From Alphaproteobacteria bacterium (lineage in GTDB: Bacteria; Pseudomonadota; Alphaproteobacteria; Bin95): 64,000 nucleotides of DNA. The DNA lies in NCBI GenBank assembly GCA_965205265.1, contig CBDBGH010000003.1:3136001-3200000 (forward strand), written 5' to 3'. The notes under the pieces were generated by a model, which saw only the letters and a program-made list of their open reading frames with translations, made no database searches and was not told the origin of the DNA. This document shows, piece by piece, positions 1 to 11,509 of the stretch (its first letter is position 1; every line of letters begins with the position of its first letter). The position numbers and the translations under genes were made by a program.

Positions 1-647
1 AGGCGGTCCGCCGCTTCGGCACAAGGCCGACAGGTGCTGCGCCGGCAAGCGCCGCCATTTCGTCCGCCCAGGCCCCGGCGGCGTTCACCACGATGGGGGC
101 CTCCAATGCGTCCCCGCCCCGGAGCGCCACCCGCCAGCCGCTTCCGCGCCGTTCAAGCCCTTCCACCTCCGCATTGCGCCGGAGCGGCACGCCGCGAAGG
201 AAGCCCCGGTGCATGGCATGCACGTCGATATCCGCCGCCTCCGGCTCGAATACCGCGCCCGCCACATAGTCCGGCCGGAGCGCCGGAATGAGTTCGCAAA
301 CGCCTGCGCTGTCCAGCATCCGGATTTCCGGCACGAACCGCCGGCCGTCTTGGAATGCGCCTTCCAGCGAGTCCGCCTGGTCGCGGCGTCCGAACAGCGC
401 CAGCCCCCGCGGCAGGAGCAGCGGCACCTCGGAAAAGCCGCCAGGAGGCGCGTCGAAAAACGGCTTCGAGGCAACCGTCAGCGCCCGGATCGCAGCGTTG
501 CCATAGGCCTGGGTATAGAGCGCCGCCGAACGCCCGGTGGTGTGGTAGCCCGGCTGGTCTTCCCGCTCCAGCAACAGCACGTCGAAACGCCGGGCGAGGA
601 AGTGCGCAGCGGACGCCCCGGCCATGCCGGCGCCGATGACCGCGATG

Positions 648-655
<8 letters not shown>
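1..655 (-). CDS. FAD-dependent oxidoreductase (DAO/glycine oxidase family), 3' end runs off window
   Basis: Not in ORF track; manual translation from ATG 655: [45 protein letters not shown] (GxGxxG Rossmann motif) ... VVNAAGAWAD. Confidence 0.88.
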
Positions 656-2425
<1,770 letters not shown>

Positions 2426-2437
2426 GGGAGCCGCCTT

Positions 2438-3304
2438 TTGCAGGAACACCGCGCAGGGCCGGAGGTAAAGGCCGAAACGCCGGTTCAGGCGACCCTGCGC
2501 CGGGCCGTGTTCGCCCTGCTCGTTACCGTGTCCCTGGTCGCGCTGGTCGTCGGCAAGGCGGAAGTCTATGTCTTCGACTGGGTCAAGAGCGGTGTGGGGG
2601 ACCTGCTGGCTCCCGTTCTGCAGACGGTGACCCTGCCGGTGCGGGCCGCGCGCGATATCGGCAGCAATCTCGGCCGGGTGGCGGCGCTTACCGAGGAAAA
2701 TACCCGGCTCCGGGAGGAGAATGCGCGCCTGCGCCAATGGCAGTCGCTCGCACTCAGGCTGGATGGGCAGAACCGCGAACTGCGCCGCCTGCTGCGCTTC
2801 GATCCGGGCGAGGAGGTTCACACAGTGGCCGCGCGGGTCATCGCCGACACGGGCGGCCCCTACGCCCGCAGCATGCTGATGGACGCCGGCAGCCGCCAGG
2901 GCGTTCGCGCCGACCAGGCGGTGATCTCCGGCGAGGGACTGGTCGGACGGGTGATGTCGGCGGGCGCGCGCAGCGCGCGCGTGCTGCTGATTACCGACCG
3001 GCGCTCGCATGTTCCGGTGCTGGCGGGTCCGGACCGGGTCCATGCCATTCTGGTCGGCAATAACAGCGCCCGGCCCAATCTGCGCTTCCTGCCGCGGAAT
3101 GCCGCTCTGGCAGCCGGAGATGTCATCGTCACTTCCGGTCGCGGCGGGCTATTTCCTCCCGGCCTTCCCGTCGGCGATGTCAGCGCTGCCGCGCGCTCGG
3201 GCGGCGGCGTGGAAGTGGTGCCGCATGTGGACTGGACGCGGCTGGAGTTCGTTCGGGTCATTGACCGGGACGCGCCGGACGTCGCCGCGCTTGCCGGGGA
3301 ATAA
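2438..3304 (+). CDS. mreC: rod shape-determining protein MreC
   Basis: N-terminal TM, coiled coil (EENTRLREEN), GLVGRV, VTSGRGGLFPPGLPVG; follows mreB. Confidence 0.95.
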   Translation: MQEHRAGPEVKAETPVQATLRRAVFALLVTVSLVALVVGKAEVYVFDWVKSGVGDLLAPVLQTVTLPVRAARDIGSNLGRVAALTEENTRLREENARLRQWQSLALRLDGQNRELRRLLRFDPGEEVHTVAARVIADTGGPYARSMLMDAGSRQGVRADQAVISGEGLVGRVMSAGARSARVLLITDRRSHVPVLAGPDRVHAILVGNNSARPNLRFLPRNAALAAGDVIVTSGRGGLFPPGLPVGDVSAAARSGGGVEVVPHVDWTRLEFVRVIDRDAPDVAALAGE

Positions 3305-3801
3305 TGCTGGCGCATCTCGACCGGGCGGCGCGCGCGGCGGTTCCCGCAGCAAGCATTATCGTGTTGCTGCTCATCTCGCTCGTGCCCTGGATCGGCGACC
3401 GCGCCGCGCCCGCCCTTGCCGTTGCGGCAGTGCATTACTGGGCCGGGCGGCGCCCGGACCTCGTGCCGGCCCCCTTCGTCTTCGCTGTCGGCCTCACACA
3501 TGACAGCGTCGCGGACGCGCCGTTCGGCCTCATGGCGCTCGTCTATCTGTTCGTGCTCGGGGCCGCGCGCAGCCAGCGCTTCCTGGTGGTCGGCCAACCC
3601 TTTGTCTCCGGCTGGGCGGTGTTCACCGTCGTGGCGTGCGCGGCAAGCGCGATCGCATGGCTCGGGGCTTCCCTCTATTACGGCGCGGCGCTCTCGGTCG
3701 GAGCGCCCCTGGCCGTGCTCCTGCTTACCGTGCTGACCTTCCCGGCCGTTGCGGGCGCGCTGGCCGTTCTGGATTCCGCGGCGTTGAAACGGAGCGCCTG
3801 A
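3304..3801 (+). CDS. mreD: rod shape-determining protein MreD
   Basis: Hydrophobic 165 aa, HYW..RPDL..F.VGL.D motif, between mreC and mrdA. Confidence 0.88.
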   Translation: MLAHLDRAARAAVPAASIIVLLLISLVPWIGDRAAPALAVAAVHYWAGRRPDLVPAPFVFAVGLTHDSVADAPFGLMALVYLFVLGAARSQRFLVVGQPFVSGWAVFTVVACAASAIAWLGASLYYGAALSVGAPLAVLLLTVLTFPAVAGALAVLDSAALKRSA

Positions 3802-5612
3802 TGACGGGCGTTCGCAGCAGGACCCAGTCGATCCGCCGCCGCGCCCTGCTCGTCGGCGGCGTCCAGGTCGGCCTGATCGGGCTGCTGGCGGGGCGCCTGG
3901 TGCAGCTGCAGGTGGTGGAGGGCGAGCGCTATTCGCGCCGCGCCGAGGACAACCGCACCACCGAACGCCCGCTGGTGCCCGAACGCGGCGAGATTCTGGA
4001 TCGCCGGGGCCGGCCGCTGGCCCGCAACCGGGAGACCTACCGCCTGCTGCTGGTCCCGGAAAAGGCCGGCCCGATCGATGTCGCGCTGGATGAAATCGGG
4101 CGTCTCGCGACACTCGGCCCGGCGGCGCGCGAGCGGGTCCGAAGACTGGTGCGAAAGCAGCCGGGCTTCGAGCCGGTCGTCGTTCTCGACGACATGTCAT
4201 GGGAGGAAATGGCCCGTCTTTCGCTGGCAATTGCAGAACGCGAGGGCATTTTCACGAATGCCGCGCAGCGCCGGATCTATCCGCTCGGACCGGCGGCCGC
4301 CCACGCCATCGGCTATGTCGGCCGTGTGTCGCAAAAGGATCTGGAACGGTCCGACTCAGCCTCCCTGCTGCGCATGCCCGATTTCCGTATCGGGAAAACA
4401 GGCGTCGAGCGCACCCAGGACGATACATTGCGGGGCGCGGCCGGCACACGCCTGATGGAGATTACCTCCACCGGCCGCCAGCGGCGGGAGTTGGGGCGGC
4501 AGGAAGGCCTGTCCGGCGAAACGCTTCGCCTCACGCTCGACGCCGAGCTCCAGCGTTTCGCAGCCGGCCTGTTCGGGGAGGAGACGGGCGCGGCCGTATT
4601 GATGGATGTGCACAGCGGCGCCCTGCTGGCCACCGTGTCGGCGCCCAGTTTCGACCCCGGCGCCTTCCACGACGGCATCGCAGACCGGCAGGAGTGGCTG
4701 TCTCTCGCCGGCGACCCCCTGCATCCGCTCAGCAACCGCGCCGTTTCCGGCCAGTATGCGCCCGGATCGACCTTCAAGATCGCCGTCGCGCTGGCGGCGC
4801 TCGAAGCGCGGGTGGTGTCGGCGGACCAGCGCTTTTTCTGCAACGGCGTCCACGAGCTCGGCACCGGGCGGTTCCACTGCTGGCGCCGCGGCGGACACGG
4901 GCATGTCGATCTCTTCAAGGCGCTCCAGCAGTCCTGCGACATCTACTTTTACGAAATCGCGCGCCGGACGGGCATCGACCGGATCGCGGCAATGGCGAGG
5001 AAGCTGGGCCTCGGGGCGGCAACCGGCGTCGAACTTCCCGGAGAGCATGACGGGCTCATTCCCACCAAGGCGTGGAAGCGCCAGGCGCGCAACGAATCCT
5101 GGCAGGTAGGAGAGACGCTGCTCGCCGGGATCGGCCAGGGCTACGTGCTCGCCACGCCGCTCCAGCTGGCGACCATGACCGCCCGGCTCGCCAATGGCGC
5201 CCATGCAGTCCTCCCCAGGCTGATCGGCGGCGGGAACGCCCCCGAGCTCAAAATCGACAGACGATTTCTGAGGGTTGTGCGCAAGGGCCTGACCGCCGTC
5301 ACCGGCTCGCGGCGGGGCACCGCCTGGAATGCCCGCATCGAGGAAGCCGGGTTCGAGATGGCAGGCAAGACCGGCACCTCCCAGGTCAGGCGCATCTCCA
5401 GGCTCGAGCGCCGGCTCGGCGTTCGCAAGAACGAGGACCTGCCGCGGGAACAGCGCGACCATGCGCTCTTCGTCGGCTACGCGCCTGCCGACAAGCCGCG
5501 CTACGCCGCCGCCGTCGTCGTTGAGCATGGCGGCAGCGGGTCCAAGGCAGCCGCGCCCATCGCGCGCGACCTGCTGCTGGCCGCCCAGAAGGCGGAGACC
5601 GTCGCATCATGA
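3801..5612 (+). CDS. mrdA: penicillin-binding protein 2
   Basis: PERGEILDR, GSTFK (SxxK), SCD, KTGT motifs. Confidence 0.96.
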   Translation: MTGVRSRTQSIRRRALLVGGVQVGLIGLLAGRLVQLQVVEGERYSRRAEDNRTTERPLVPERGEILDRRGRPLARNRETYRLLLVPEKAGPIDVALDEIGRLATLGPAARERVRRLVRKQPGFEPVVVLDDMSWEEMARLSLAIAEREGIFTNAAQRRIYPLGPAAAHAIGYVGRVSQKDLERSDSASLLRMPDFRIGKTGVERTQDDTLRGAAGTRLMEITSTGRQRRELGRQEGLSGETLRLTLDAELQRFAAGLFGEETGAAVLMDVHSGALLATVSAPSFDPGAFHDGIADRQEWLSLAGDPLHPLSNRAVSGQYAPGSTFKIAVALAALEARVVSADQRFFCNGVHELGTGRFHCWRRGGHGHVDLFKALQQSCDIYFYEIARRTGIDRIAAMARKLGLGAATGVELPGEHDGLIPTKAWKRQARNESWQVGETLLAGIGQGYVLATPLQLATMTARLANGAHAVLPRLIGGGNAPELKIDRRFLRVVRKGLTAVTGSRRGTAWNARIEEAGFEMAGKTGTSQVRRISRLERRLGVRKNEDLPREQRDHALFVGYAPADKPRYAAAVVVEHGGSGSKAAAPIARDLLLAAQKAETVAS

Positions 5613-6784
5613 AAGCCTGGGAAGTGCGCGAGCCGGGCCTCGGCGTCGGCGGACTGCTGCTGCGGATAGACTGGGTGCTGGTCATTCTCCTGGCGCTCAC
5701 GACCGCAGTCGGGTTCGCCATGCTGTATTCGGCCGCCGGGGGCGACATCCGGCCCTGGGCCGGCCCGCATGCCCTGCGTTTCGGCGCCGGCCTGGCGGTC
5801 ATGATGGCCGTTGCGCTGATCGATATCCGGTTCTGGCTGCGTTGCGCCTATCCGATCTATGCCGCCTCCCTCCTGCTCATTGTCGGGGTGGAGTTCCTGG
5901 GCGAGGTCGGCATGGGGGCCCAGCGCTGGCTGAAGCTCGGCCCGCTGTCGGTCCAGCCGTCCGAATTCATGAAGATCGCGCTGGTGCTCGCACTCGCCCG
6001 CCATTTCCACGCCCTCGACGAAAGGGAGGCGAACGGCTGGCCCCGGCTGCTGCTGGCGCTGGCGCTGATTGCGGTCCCGGCGATGCTGGTGGCGCGGCAA
6101 CCGGATCTCGGCACGGCGGCCATGATCGGGGCCGGCGGCATGGCGCTGCTCTTCCTAGGCGGCATCTCCTGGCGGCTGTTCGCGCTTTTCGCCGTCGCGG
6201 CGGGGGCGCTGGTGCCGGCGGTCTGGTACGGGCTGAAGGACTATCAGCGCGACAGGGTGCTCACCTTCCTCGATCCCGGGCGCGACCTCACCGGCGCCGG
6301 CTATCACGGCTTTCAGTCGAAAATCGGCATCGGTTCGGGCGGCGAATTCGGAAAGGGTTATCTGGAGGGCACGCAAAGCCATCTGGGCTTCCTGCCGGAA
6401 AGCCACACGGACTTTATCTTCACCGTCATTTCCGAGGAATTCGGCCTTGCCGGCGGCCTGTTCGTGCTCGCGCTCTATCTGGCCATCATGGGCTACGGCT
6501 TCGCCATCGGCTTCATGGCGCGCAACGATTTCGCCCGGCTGCTGGCTTTCGGCGTCACCTTCACCTTCTTCCTGTTCGTGTTCGCCAATGTCGCCATGGT
6601 CGCCGGCCTGATCCCGGTGGTCGGCGTGCCGCTGCCGTTCATTTCCTATGGCGGCACGGCGATGCTGACGCTCCAGATCGGCTTCGGCCTCGTGCTCTCG
6701 GCCAAGGTTTACCGGGATGTCGAAATGGAGGAGGACGCCTCCGGCCGACCGGCGGGTCCGGGGTCGATCGCCGCGATGCGCTGA
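5609..6784 (+). CDS. rodA: rod shape-determining SEDS protein RodA
   Basis: GAQRWL, QPSEFMK, QPDLGT, LPESHTDFIF, PFISYGGT. Confidence 0.96.
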   Translation: MKAWEVREPGLGVGGLLLRIDWVLVILLALTTAVGFAMLYSAAGGDIRPWAGPHALRFGAGLAVMMAVALIDIRFWLRCAYPIYAASLLLIVGVEFLGEVGMGAQRWLKLGPLSVQPSEFMKIALVLALARHFHALDEREANGWPRLLLALALIAVPAMLVARQPDLGTAAMIGAGGMALLFLGGISWRLFALFAVAAGALVPAVWYGLKDYQRDRVLTFLDPGRDLTGAGYHGFQSKIGIGSGGEFGKGYLEGTQSHLGFLPESHTDFIFTVISEEFGLAGGLFVLALYLAIMGYGFAIGFMARNDFARLLAFGVTFTFFLFVFANVAMVAGLIPVVGVPLPFISYGGTAMLTLQIGFGLVLSAKVYRDVEMEEDASGRPAGPGSIAAMR

Positions 6785-7245
6785 ACCATCCTCGGGCCTT
6801 CCACCCTCCCGTGCTCATAGGCCAGCACGACAAGGCGGCCAGCGACCGCCCGGAGCAGTTCGCCCGGCCGCAAAAGGAAGTCCGGATTGCGCGGACGCCC
6901 GAAGGCCTCCTGACCCCGGGCGAATGTTTCGTAGAGCAGGAGGCCGCCCGGCGCGACAAGCGAAACCGCGGCGGGAAGCGTCGGGCGGTGGAGGTAGTTG
7001 ACCACCACCACGGCCCCGAACCGCCGGTCGGCGAAAGGCCAGGGGCTGCCGTCCTCGAGGTCCCAGGCAAGGCCGCCCGGCAGCCGGGAGACGTCCCTGT
7101 CCACGGCGAGCACCGGATGGCCGCGGGCGGCGAAGAACCGCGTATGCCGGCCTCCGCCGGCGGCAAGGTCGAGCACGGGCGCGGCGGGCGGCACGAGATG
7201 GGCGAACCGCGCGATCCAGTCCGAGACTGGCGTCGGTCCCTTCAT
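6709..7245 (-). CDS. class I SAM-dependent methyltransferase (TehB-like)
   Basis: VLDLAAGGGRH, VVVNYLHRP, GGLLLYETF, NPDFLLRPGELL. Confidence 0.85.
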   Translation of the reverse strand: MKGPTPVSDWIARFAHLVPPAAPVLDLAAGGGRHTRFFAARGHPVLAVDRDVSRLPGGLAWDLEDGSPWPFADRRFGAVVVVNYLHRPTLPAAVSLVAPGGLLLYETFARGQEAFGRPRNPDFLLRPGELLRAVAGRLVVLAYEHGRVEGPRMVQRIAAIDPGPAGRPEASSSISTSR

Positions 7246-7262
7246 GACACTATATGTGAAGC

Positions 7263-7685
7263 ATGATCGTTTACCGGCTCACCTGCACGAACGAACACGA
7301 GTTCGAAGCCTGGTTCCGCGACAGCGCCGCCTGCGACGCGCAGATTGCGGAGGGCAAGGTGATGTGCCCGCATTGCGGCGACAGCTCGGCGCGCAAAAGC
7401 CTGATGACGCCCAATGTCGCGCCCAAGGGAACGGACAACGCCGCCGACGAGTCCTCGGCGCGACGGGCCGCCATGATGCGGGAGCTCCGGGAGCTGCGCC
7501 GCAAGGTCGAGGAAAACTGCGATTATGTCGGCCCCCGCTTCGCGGAAGAGGCGCGCCGCATCCATTACGGCGAGACCGACAGCCATGCGATCTACGGCGA
7601 AACGACGCCTGACGAGGCGAAGTCGCTGACCGAGGAAGGCATCGAATTCGGCCGCATCCCCTGGGCGCCCAGGCTGGACAGCTGA
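7263..7685 (+). CDS. DUF1178 family protein
   Basis: MIVYRLTC..HEFEAWF, CPHCG, YVGPRFAEEARRIHYGE, IYGE. Confidence 0.92.
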   Translation: MIVYRLTCTNEHEFEAWFRDSAACDAQIAEGKVMCPHCGDSSARKSLMTPNVAPKGTDNAADESSARRAAMMRELRELRRKVEENCDYVGPRFAEEARRIHYGETDSHAIYGETTPDEAKSLTEEGIEFGRIPWAPRLDS

Positions 7686-7705
7686 GCGGCCGGACCACCC
7701 CTTCC

Positions 7706-9043
7706 TCATCGCCCCCCGACCGTCATGGCCTCGACCCGCAGGGTGGGGGCATTCACCGTGCCGCGGAATACCAGATCGTCGGCGGCGTCGAGGCCGAGCA
7801 GCATGTCGCGCAGCTCCCCGGCTATGGTGATCTCGCTCACCGGCTCGGCGAGCTCGCCGCCCCGAATCGCGAAACCCGCCGCGCCCTGGCTGTAGCGCCC
7901 GGCGACGAGATCGACGCCGTGCCCCATCAGCGCGGTCACGAACAGGCCGTTTTCTATCTCCCCGATCAGCTCTTCCGGCGAAAGGCGGCCCGGTTCGAGG
8001 TAGAGATTGGACGATGCGGGGCCGGGCGCAGACCCGGCGCCGCGGGAGGCATGGCCGGTCGGCTCAAGGCCCAGCTGACGGGCGGAGCGCAGGTCCAGCA
8101 GCCATGAACGAAGCACGCCGCCCTCGACCAGCGCCCGGCGCTTGCAGGGCAGGCCTTCGGCGTCGAACGGGCGCGAGCCGAGGCCCCGCCCCCGGCCCGG
8201 ATCGTCGATCAGGTTCATGCCGTCCTTCAGCACCGCCTCGCCCATGGCGTCCTTGAGGAAGCTGGTGCCGCGCGCAACGGCCGCGCCGTTGATGGCGCCG
8301 GCAATCGCGCCGACCAGGCCCCCGGCCAGCCGCTGCTCGAAGACCACCGGCATTAAGGCCGTGTCGGGCTTGACCGGCCCGAGCCGCTTCACCGCGCGCT
8401 CGCCCGCGCTGCGGCCCACCGCCACCGGCTCCGCGAGGTCCGAAGCATGGACGGCGCGGGACCAGTCATATCCGCTTTCCATCGCCGTGCCCTCGCCCGC
8501 CAGGACGGACACCGACAGCCCGCATCCCGACCTCCGGTAGCCGCCCGAGAACCCGTTGCTCGAGACGAGCGCGATACGGGTCTCGCTGCGGCTGGCGCCG
8601 GCGCCCTCGGAATTGGTGACGCCCGCGACATCGAGCGCCGCCGCCTCGGCTTCCAGGGCGTTGCGGACAAGGTCTTCCGAAGCCGTTTCGGCGCCGTCGT
8701 AAAGGTCGAGTTCCGGCCACTGCTGCGCCAGAAGCGCCGGCTCCGCCAGCCCGGCATGGGGGTCTTCGGGCGCGGCCCGCGCCATGGCGACCGCCCGCTC
8801 GACCAGCGCGGACGCGGTTTCCGCCTGCCGGTCGGCGGTGGCGACGATCGCCTGGCGGCGCCCGACCAGCACGCGCAGCCCGGTCTTGCGCAGCTCGGAG
8901 CGCTCCATATGTTCGATCTTGCCGAGCCGCACCGCCGCATCCAGCGAGCGGCTGTCGATATCGACGGCATCGGCCTCGTCGGCGCCCCGGGCGCGGGCTT
9001 CGCGCACAAGGCCGCCCAGGAAGTTCAGGACATCGTTTTCCAT
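7706..9043 (-). CDS. pmbA: TldD/PmbA family protein (PmbA/TldE)
   Basis: VRLGKIEHMERSE, VTNSEGA, SRPFDAEG, PVSEITIAG, APTLRVEAMTVGG. Confidence 0.9.
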   Translation of the reverse strand: MENDVLNFLGGLVREARARGADEADAVDIDSRSLDAAVRLGKIEHMERSELRKTGLRVLVGRRQAIVATADRQAETASALVERAVAMARAAPEDPHAGLAEPALLAQQWPELDLYDGAETASEDLVRNALEAEAAALDVAGVTNSEGAGASRSETRIALVSSNGFSGGYRRSGCGLSVSVLAGEGTAMESGYDWSRAVHASDLAEPVAVGRSAGERAVKRLGPVKPDTALMPVVFEQRLAGGLVGAIAGAINGAAVARGTSFLKDAMGEAVLKDGMNLIDDPGRGRGLGSRPFDAEGLPCKRRALVEGGVLRSWLLDLRSARQLGLEPTGHASRGAGSAPGPASSNLYLEPGRLSPEELIGEIENGLFVTALMGHGVDLVAGRYSQGAAGFAIRGGELAEPVSEITIAGELRDMLLGLDAADDLVFRGTVNAPTLRVEAMTVGGR

Positions 9044-9109
9044 GGCGCGCCGAACATAGCCCACGGAACCGCCGCCGTCTTCCGACGGAACGTCATTCCG
9101 CAACGCAAC

Positions 9110-9141
9110 AAAAAAGGGCCGCCCCCTTTCGGGAGCGGCCC
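9110..9141 (-). terminator. Rho-independent terminator after phasin
   Basis: Minus strand GGGCCGCTCCC-GAAA-GGGGGCGGCCC followed by TTTTTT. Confidence 0.85.
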
Positions 9142-9166
9142 GGCGCGAAGGGGAGGAACAACGCGC

Positions 9167-9625
9167 CTATGATTTTGCAGGTGCGGCCTTCTCTGCGGGC
9201 TTGGGGGCCGGCGGGACGACCATGGCGGCCGTCTCGTCCATGGCCTCGCGGACGCGCTTGTCGATCAGGCCGAACACCTCGCGGCCGGTCCTGGCCGACA
9301 TGTCCGCAAGTTCCCCGGCGCCCGCGACCGCGGAGTCCCAGGCGCCCCTGGCGAAGGCTGCGCCGCGCTCCGCCTTGTCCTCGAAGCTCGCATCGCCGGA
9401 GAACAGGTTCATGTTGGCGGCGGAGGCCTCGACCGCCTCGCGCGCCAGTTCGCCCTGCCGGCGCATGAAGGCGCCCGCGCCCTCGAAGGCCGTCTGGCCG
9501 GCGGCCGTCATGGCCTCGACATTCTTGCGGTGCAGCGCCATGGCGCCTTCGGCGTCGAAGGCCGGGATCTTGAAATCGGCCATGAACCGGGCCGGATCGA
9601 AGTCGGCGAAGGGCATCTTGTACAT
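9167..9625 (-). CDS. phaP: phasin (PHA granule-associated protein)
   Basis: RKNVEAMTAAGQTAFEG...RRQ.E, Ala-rich amphipathic; PhaR-type boxes upstream. Confidence 0.85.
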   Translation of the reverse strand: MYKMPFADFDPARFMADFKIPAFDAEGAMALHRKNVEAMTAAGQTAFEGAGAFMRRQGELAREAVEASAANMNLFSGDASFEDKAERGAAFARGAWDSAVAGAGELADMSARTGREVFGLIDKRVREAMDETAAMVVPPAPKPAEKAAPAKS

Positions 9626-9698
9626 CGGTCTCTTGGTCTCCGTTCCAGTCTCGCAAGCCGCCCGCCGCTAAAGGCATGCGACCGTCTTCTCGCAGCGC

Positions 9699-9751
9699 AA
9701 TATGATTATGCTGCGATGCAGCGTCAAGTCTTTTTTTGTGCGCCGCACAAA
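9699..9751 (-). promoter_or_regulatory. phasin promoter with two PhaR-type operator palindromes
   Basis: GCTGCGATGCAGC (9710-9722) and TTTGTGCGCCGCACAAA (9735-9751); minus-strand TTGACG-N17-CATATT. Confidence 0.7.
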
Positions 9752-9755
9752 TTTT

Positions 9756-10313
9756 TCAGCAGCGCCGCCCTTCCAGCATGGGCGCCCAGCGCTTCAGGGC
9801 CTTGTCGAGACTGGCCATGGTGCGCCCGAGGTCCTCGCTGTCGTCCCGCAGCCAGACCCGCAAGACGGAGAGGTGGATGCCGGCCAGCAGCTTCACGCGC
9901 AGGAGGTCGATGGGCCTCTGCGCCGGCGCGCCGGCGGCTTCCAGCATCCAGGCCATGGACCGGGCGAGCGCCGGCGCCAGCGGCGCGCCGGACAACGGGT
10001 CGCGCCGCAGGTCGCGCCAGCACGCCCGGACAAGCTCGCGATGCGGCTTGAGCGCGTCATAACGGCGCATCAAAAGGTCGAAGAGCCGGTCGCGAAAGGA
10101 CTCCTCCCCGCCCCCCGCCCCGGCTTCCGACAACACCGCCGCGTCGATGCGCGCGACCGACGCCCGCATGACTGCGCCCTTCGACGGGAAGTGGCGATAG
10201 ACCTCCGCGAGCCCGCATCCGGCCTGCGCCGCAATATCGGAGAGCGTCGCATGGCGCCAGCCGCGTTCGGCGGCGACCGCGAGCGCCGCGTCGAGAATGG
10301 TATCGGCATCCAT
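9756..10313 (-). CDS. TetR/AcrR family regulator
   Basis: ILDAALAVAAERGWRHATLSDIAAQAG..LAEVYRHFPSK HTH; RDRLFDLLMRR, RTMASLDKAL. Confidence 0.88.
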   Translation of the reverse strand: MDADTILDAALAVAAERGWRHATLSDIAAQAGCGLAEVYRHFPSKGAVMRASVARIDAAVLSEAGAGGGEESFRDRLFDLLMRRYDALKPHRELVRACWRDLRRDPLSGAPLAPALARSMAWMLEAAGAPAQRPIDLLRVKLLAGIHLSVLRVWLRDDSEDLGRTMASLDKALKRWAPMLEGRRC

Positions 10314-10374
10314 GACATATCCTCCTTCAGGCCCCAATATGGGGCGCAGCAGCGACCGAGGGGAGGGTTGCCCC

Positions 10375-10767
10375 GTGAGTTTTCGCATCCGTCATCTGGA
10401 CCATGTCGTGCTCCGGGTCCGCGACATGGACGCGGCGATAGCCTTCTATACCGGCGTGCTCGGCTGCCGGGAGGAGCGCCGCCTGGAGGAAATCGGCCTG
10501 GTGCAGTTGCGCGCCGGCGCCAGCCTGATCGACCTCGTGCCGGGCGAACCGGACGCCTCCGGCGCCAATATGGACCACTTCGCGGTCCGCATTGCGCCCT
10601 TCGACGAAGCAAGCCTCCGCGCCTGGCTGGCGGAGCACGGCATTGAGACGGAAGCGGCGCTCCCGCGCTACGGCGCCGAGGGCACGGGCCCGTCGATCTA
10701 TATCCGCGACCCGGACGGCAACACCGTGGAACTGAAGGGCCCGCCCACGGGCCTGGGCGCCGCATAG
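10375..10767 (+). CDS. VOC/glyoxalase family protein
   Basis: HLDHVVLRVRDMDAAIAFY, DHFA, YGAEGTGPSIYIRDPDGNTVELK; GTG start. Confidence 0.9.
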   Translation: MSFRIRHLDHVVLRVRDMDAAIAFYTGVLGCREERRLEEIGLVQLRAGASLIDLVPGEPDASGANMDHFAVRIAPFDEASLRAWLAEHGIETEAALPRYGAEGTGPSIYIRDPDGNTVELKGPPTGLGAA

Positions 10768-10806
10768 GGGCCGCTGTCCCGGGCCGGCTGCGCCTCGGCG
10801 GCGGCG

Positions 10807-11508
10807 CTACACGCCGAGCCAGCGTTCGAGGTCGGCACCGCCGCCGGTCAGTTCCCCGCTGGTGCCGGTCCACACGATCCGGCCCTTTTCGACGATATAG
10901 TGGCGGTCTGCGAGGCGGGCGAGATCCGCCACATTCCGGTCGATGACGAGGATCGCCTGTCCTTCTTCCTTCAGGCTGGCAAGGCACTCCCAGATGCGCC
11001 GGCGGACCAGGGGCGCCAGCCCTTCGGTCGCCTCGTCCAGCACAAGCAGCCTGGGGTTGGTCATGAGCGCGCGGCCGATCGCCAGCATCTGCTGCTCGCC
11101 GCCGGAAAGCAGATTGCCCATATTGCGCCGGCGCGCTTCCAGCTCCGGGAACATCTCGAAAATGCGCGGGGCCGTCCATGGATTGGCGCGCCCGCCGCGG
11201 TTGGCGGCCGCCGCGACCAGATTCTCCTCCGCCGTCAGGTTGGGGAACACCTGCCGGCCCTCGGGCACAAGCCCGAGCCCGAGGCGGCCGATGCGATGGG
11301 AGGGCATGTCGCGCAGCTCGCGGCCCTCGAACAGGACCCTGCCCGCCGCGGACGGCACGATGCCGAACAGCGAGTTCACGGTGGTCGTCTTGCCCATGCC
11401 GTTGCGGCCCATGAAGCCGACCGCCTCGCCCTCGCCCACCTCCAGCGAAATGCCGAACAGCGCCTGGCTGCGCCCGTAAAACGTCTCAAGCCCTTCGATC
11501 CGCAGCAT
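10807..11508 (-). CDS. ABC transporter ATP-binding protein (LivF-like)
   Basis: GRNGMGKTT, LSGGEQQMLAIGRALM, LDEATEGLAP. Confidence 0.93.
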   Translation of the reverse strand: MLRIEGLETFYGRSQALFGISLEVGEGEAVGFMGRNGMGKTTTVNSLFGIVPSAAGRVLFEGRELRDMPSHRIGRLGLGLVPEGRQVFPNLTAEENLVAAAANRGGRANPWTAPRIFEMFPELEARRRNMGNLLSGGEQQMLAIGRALMTNPRLLVLDEATEGLAPLVRRRIWECLASLKEEGQAILVIDRNVADLARLADRHYIVEKGRIVWTGTSGELTGGGADLERWLGV

Positions 11509-11509
11509 G

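Noticed and set aside
7248-7263. NrdR-like box ACACTATATGTGA before the DUF1178 gene
   Set aside because: Right half mismatched and no tandem partner; better explained as a CTATAT -10 element 6 nt before a leaderless ATG.
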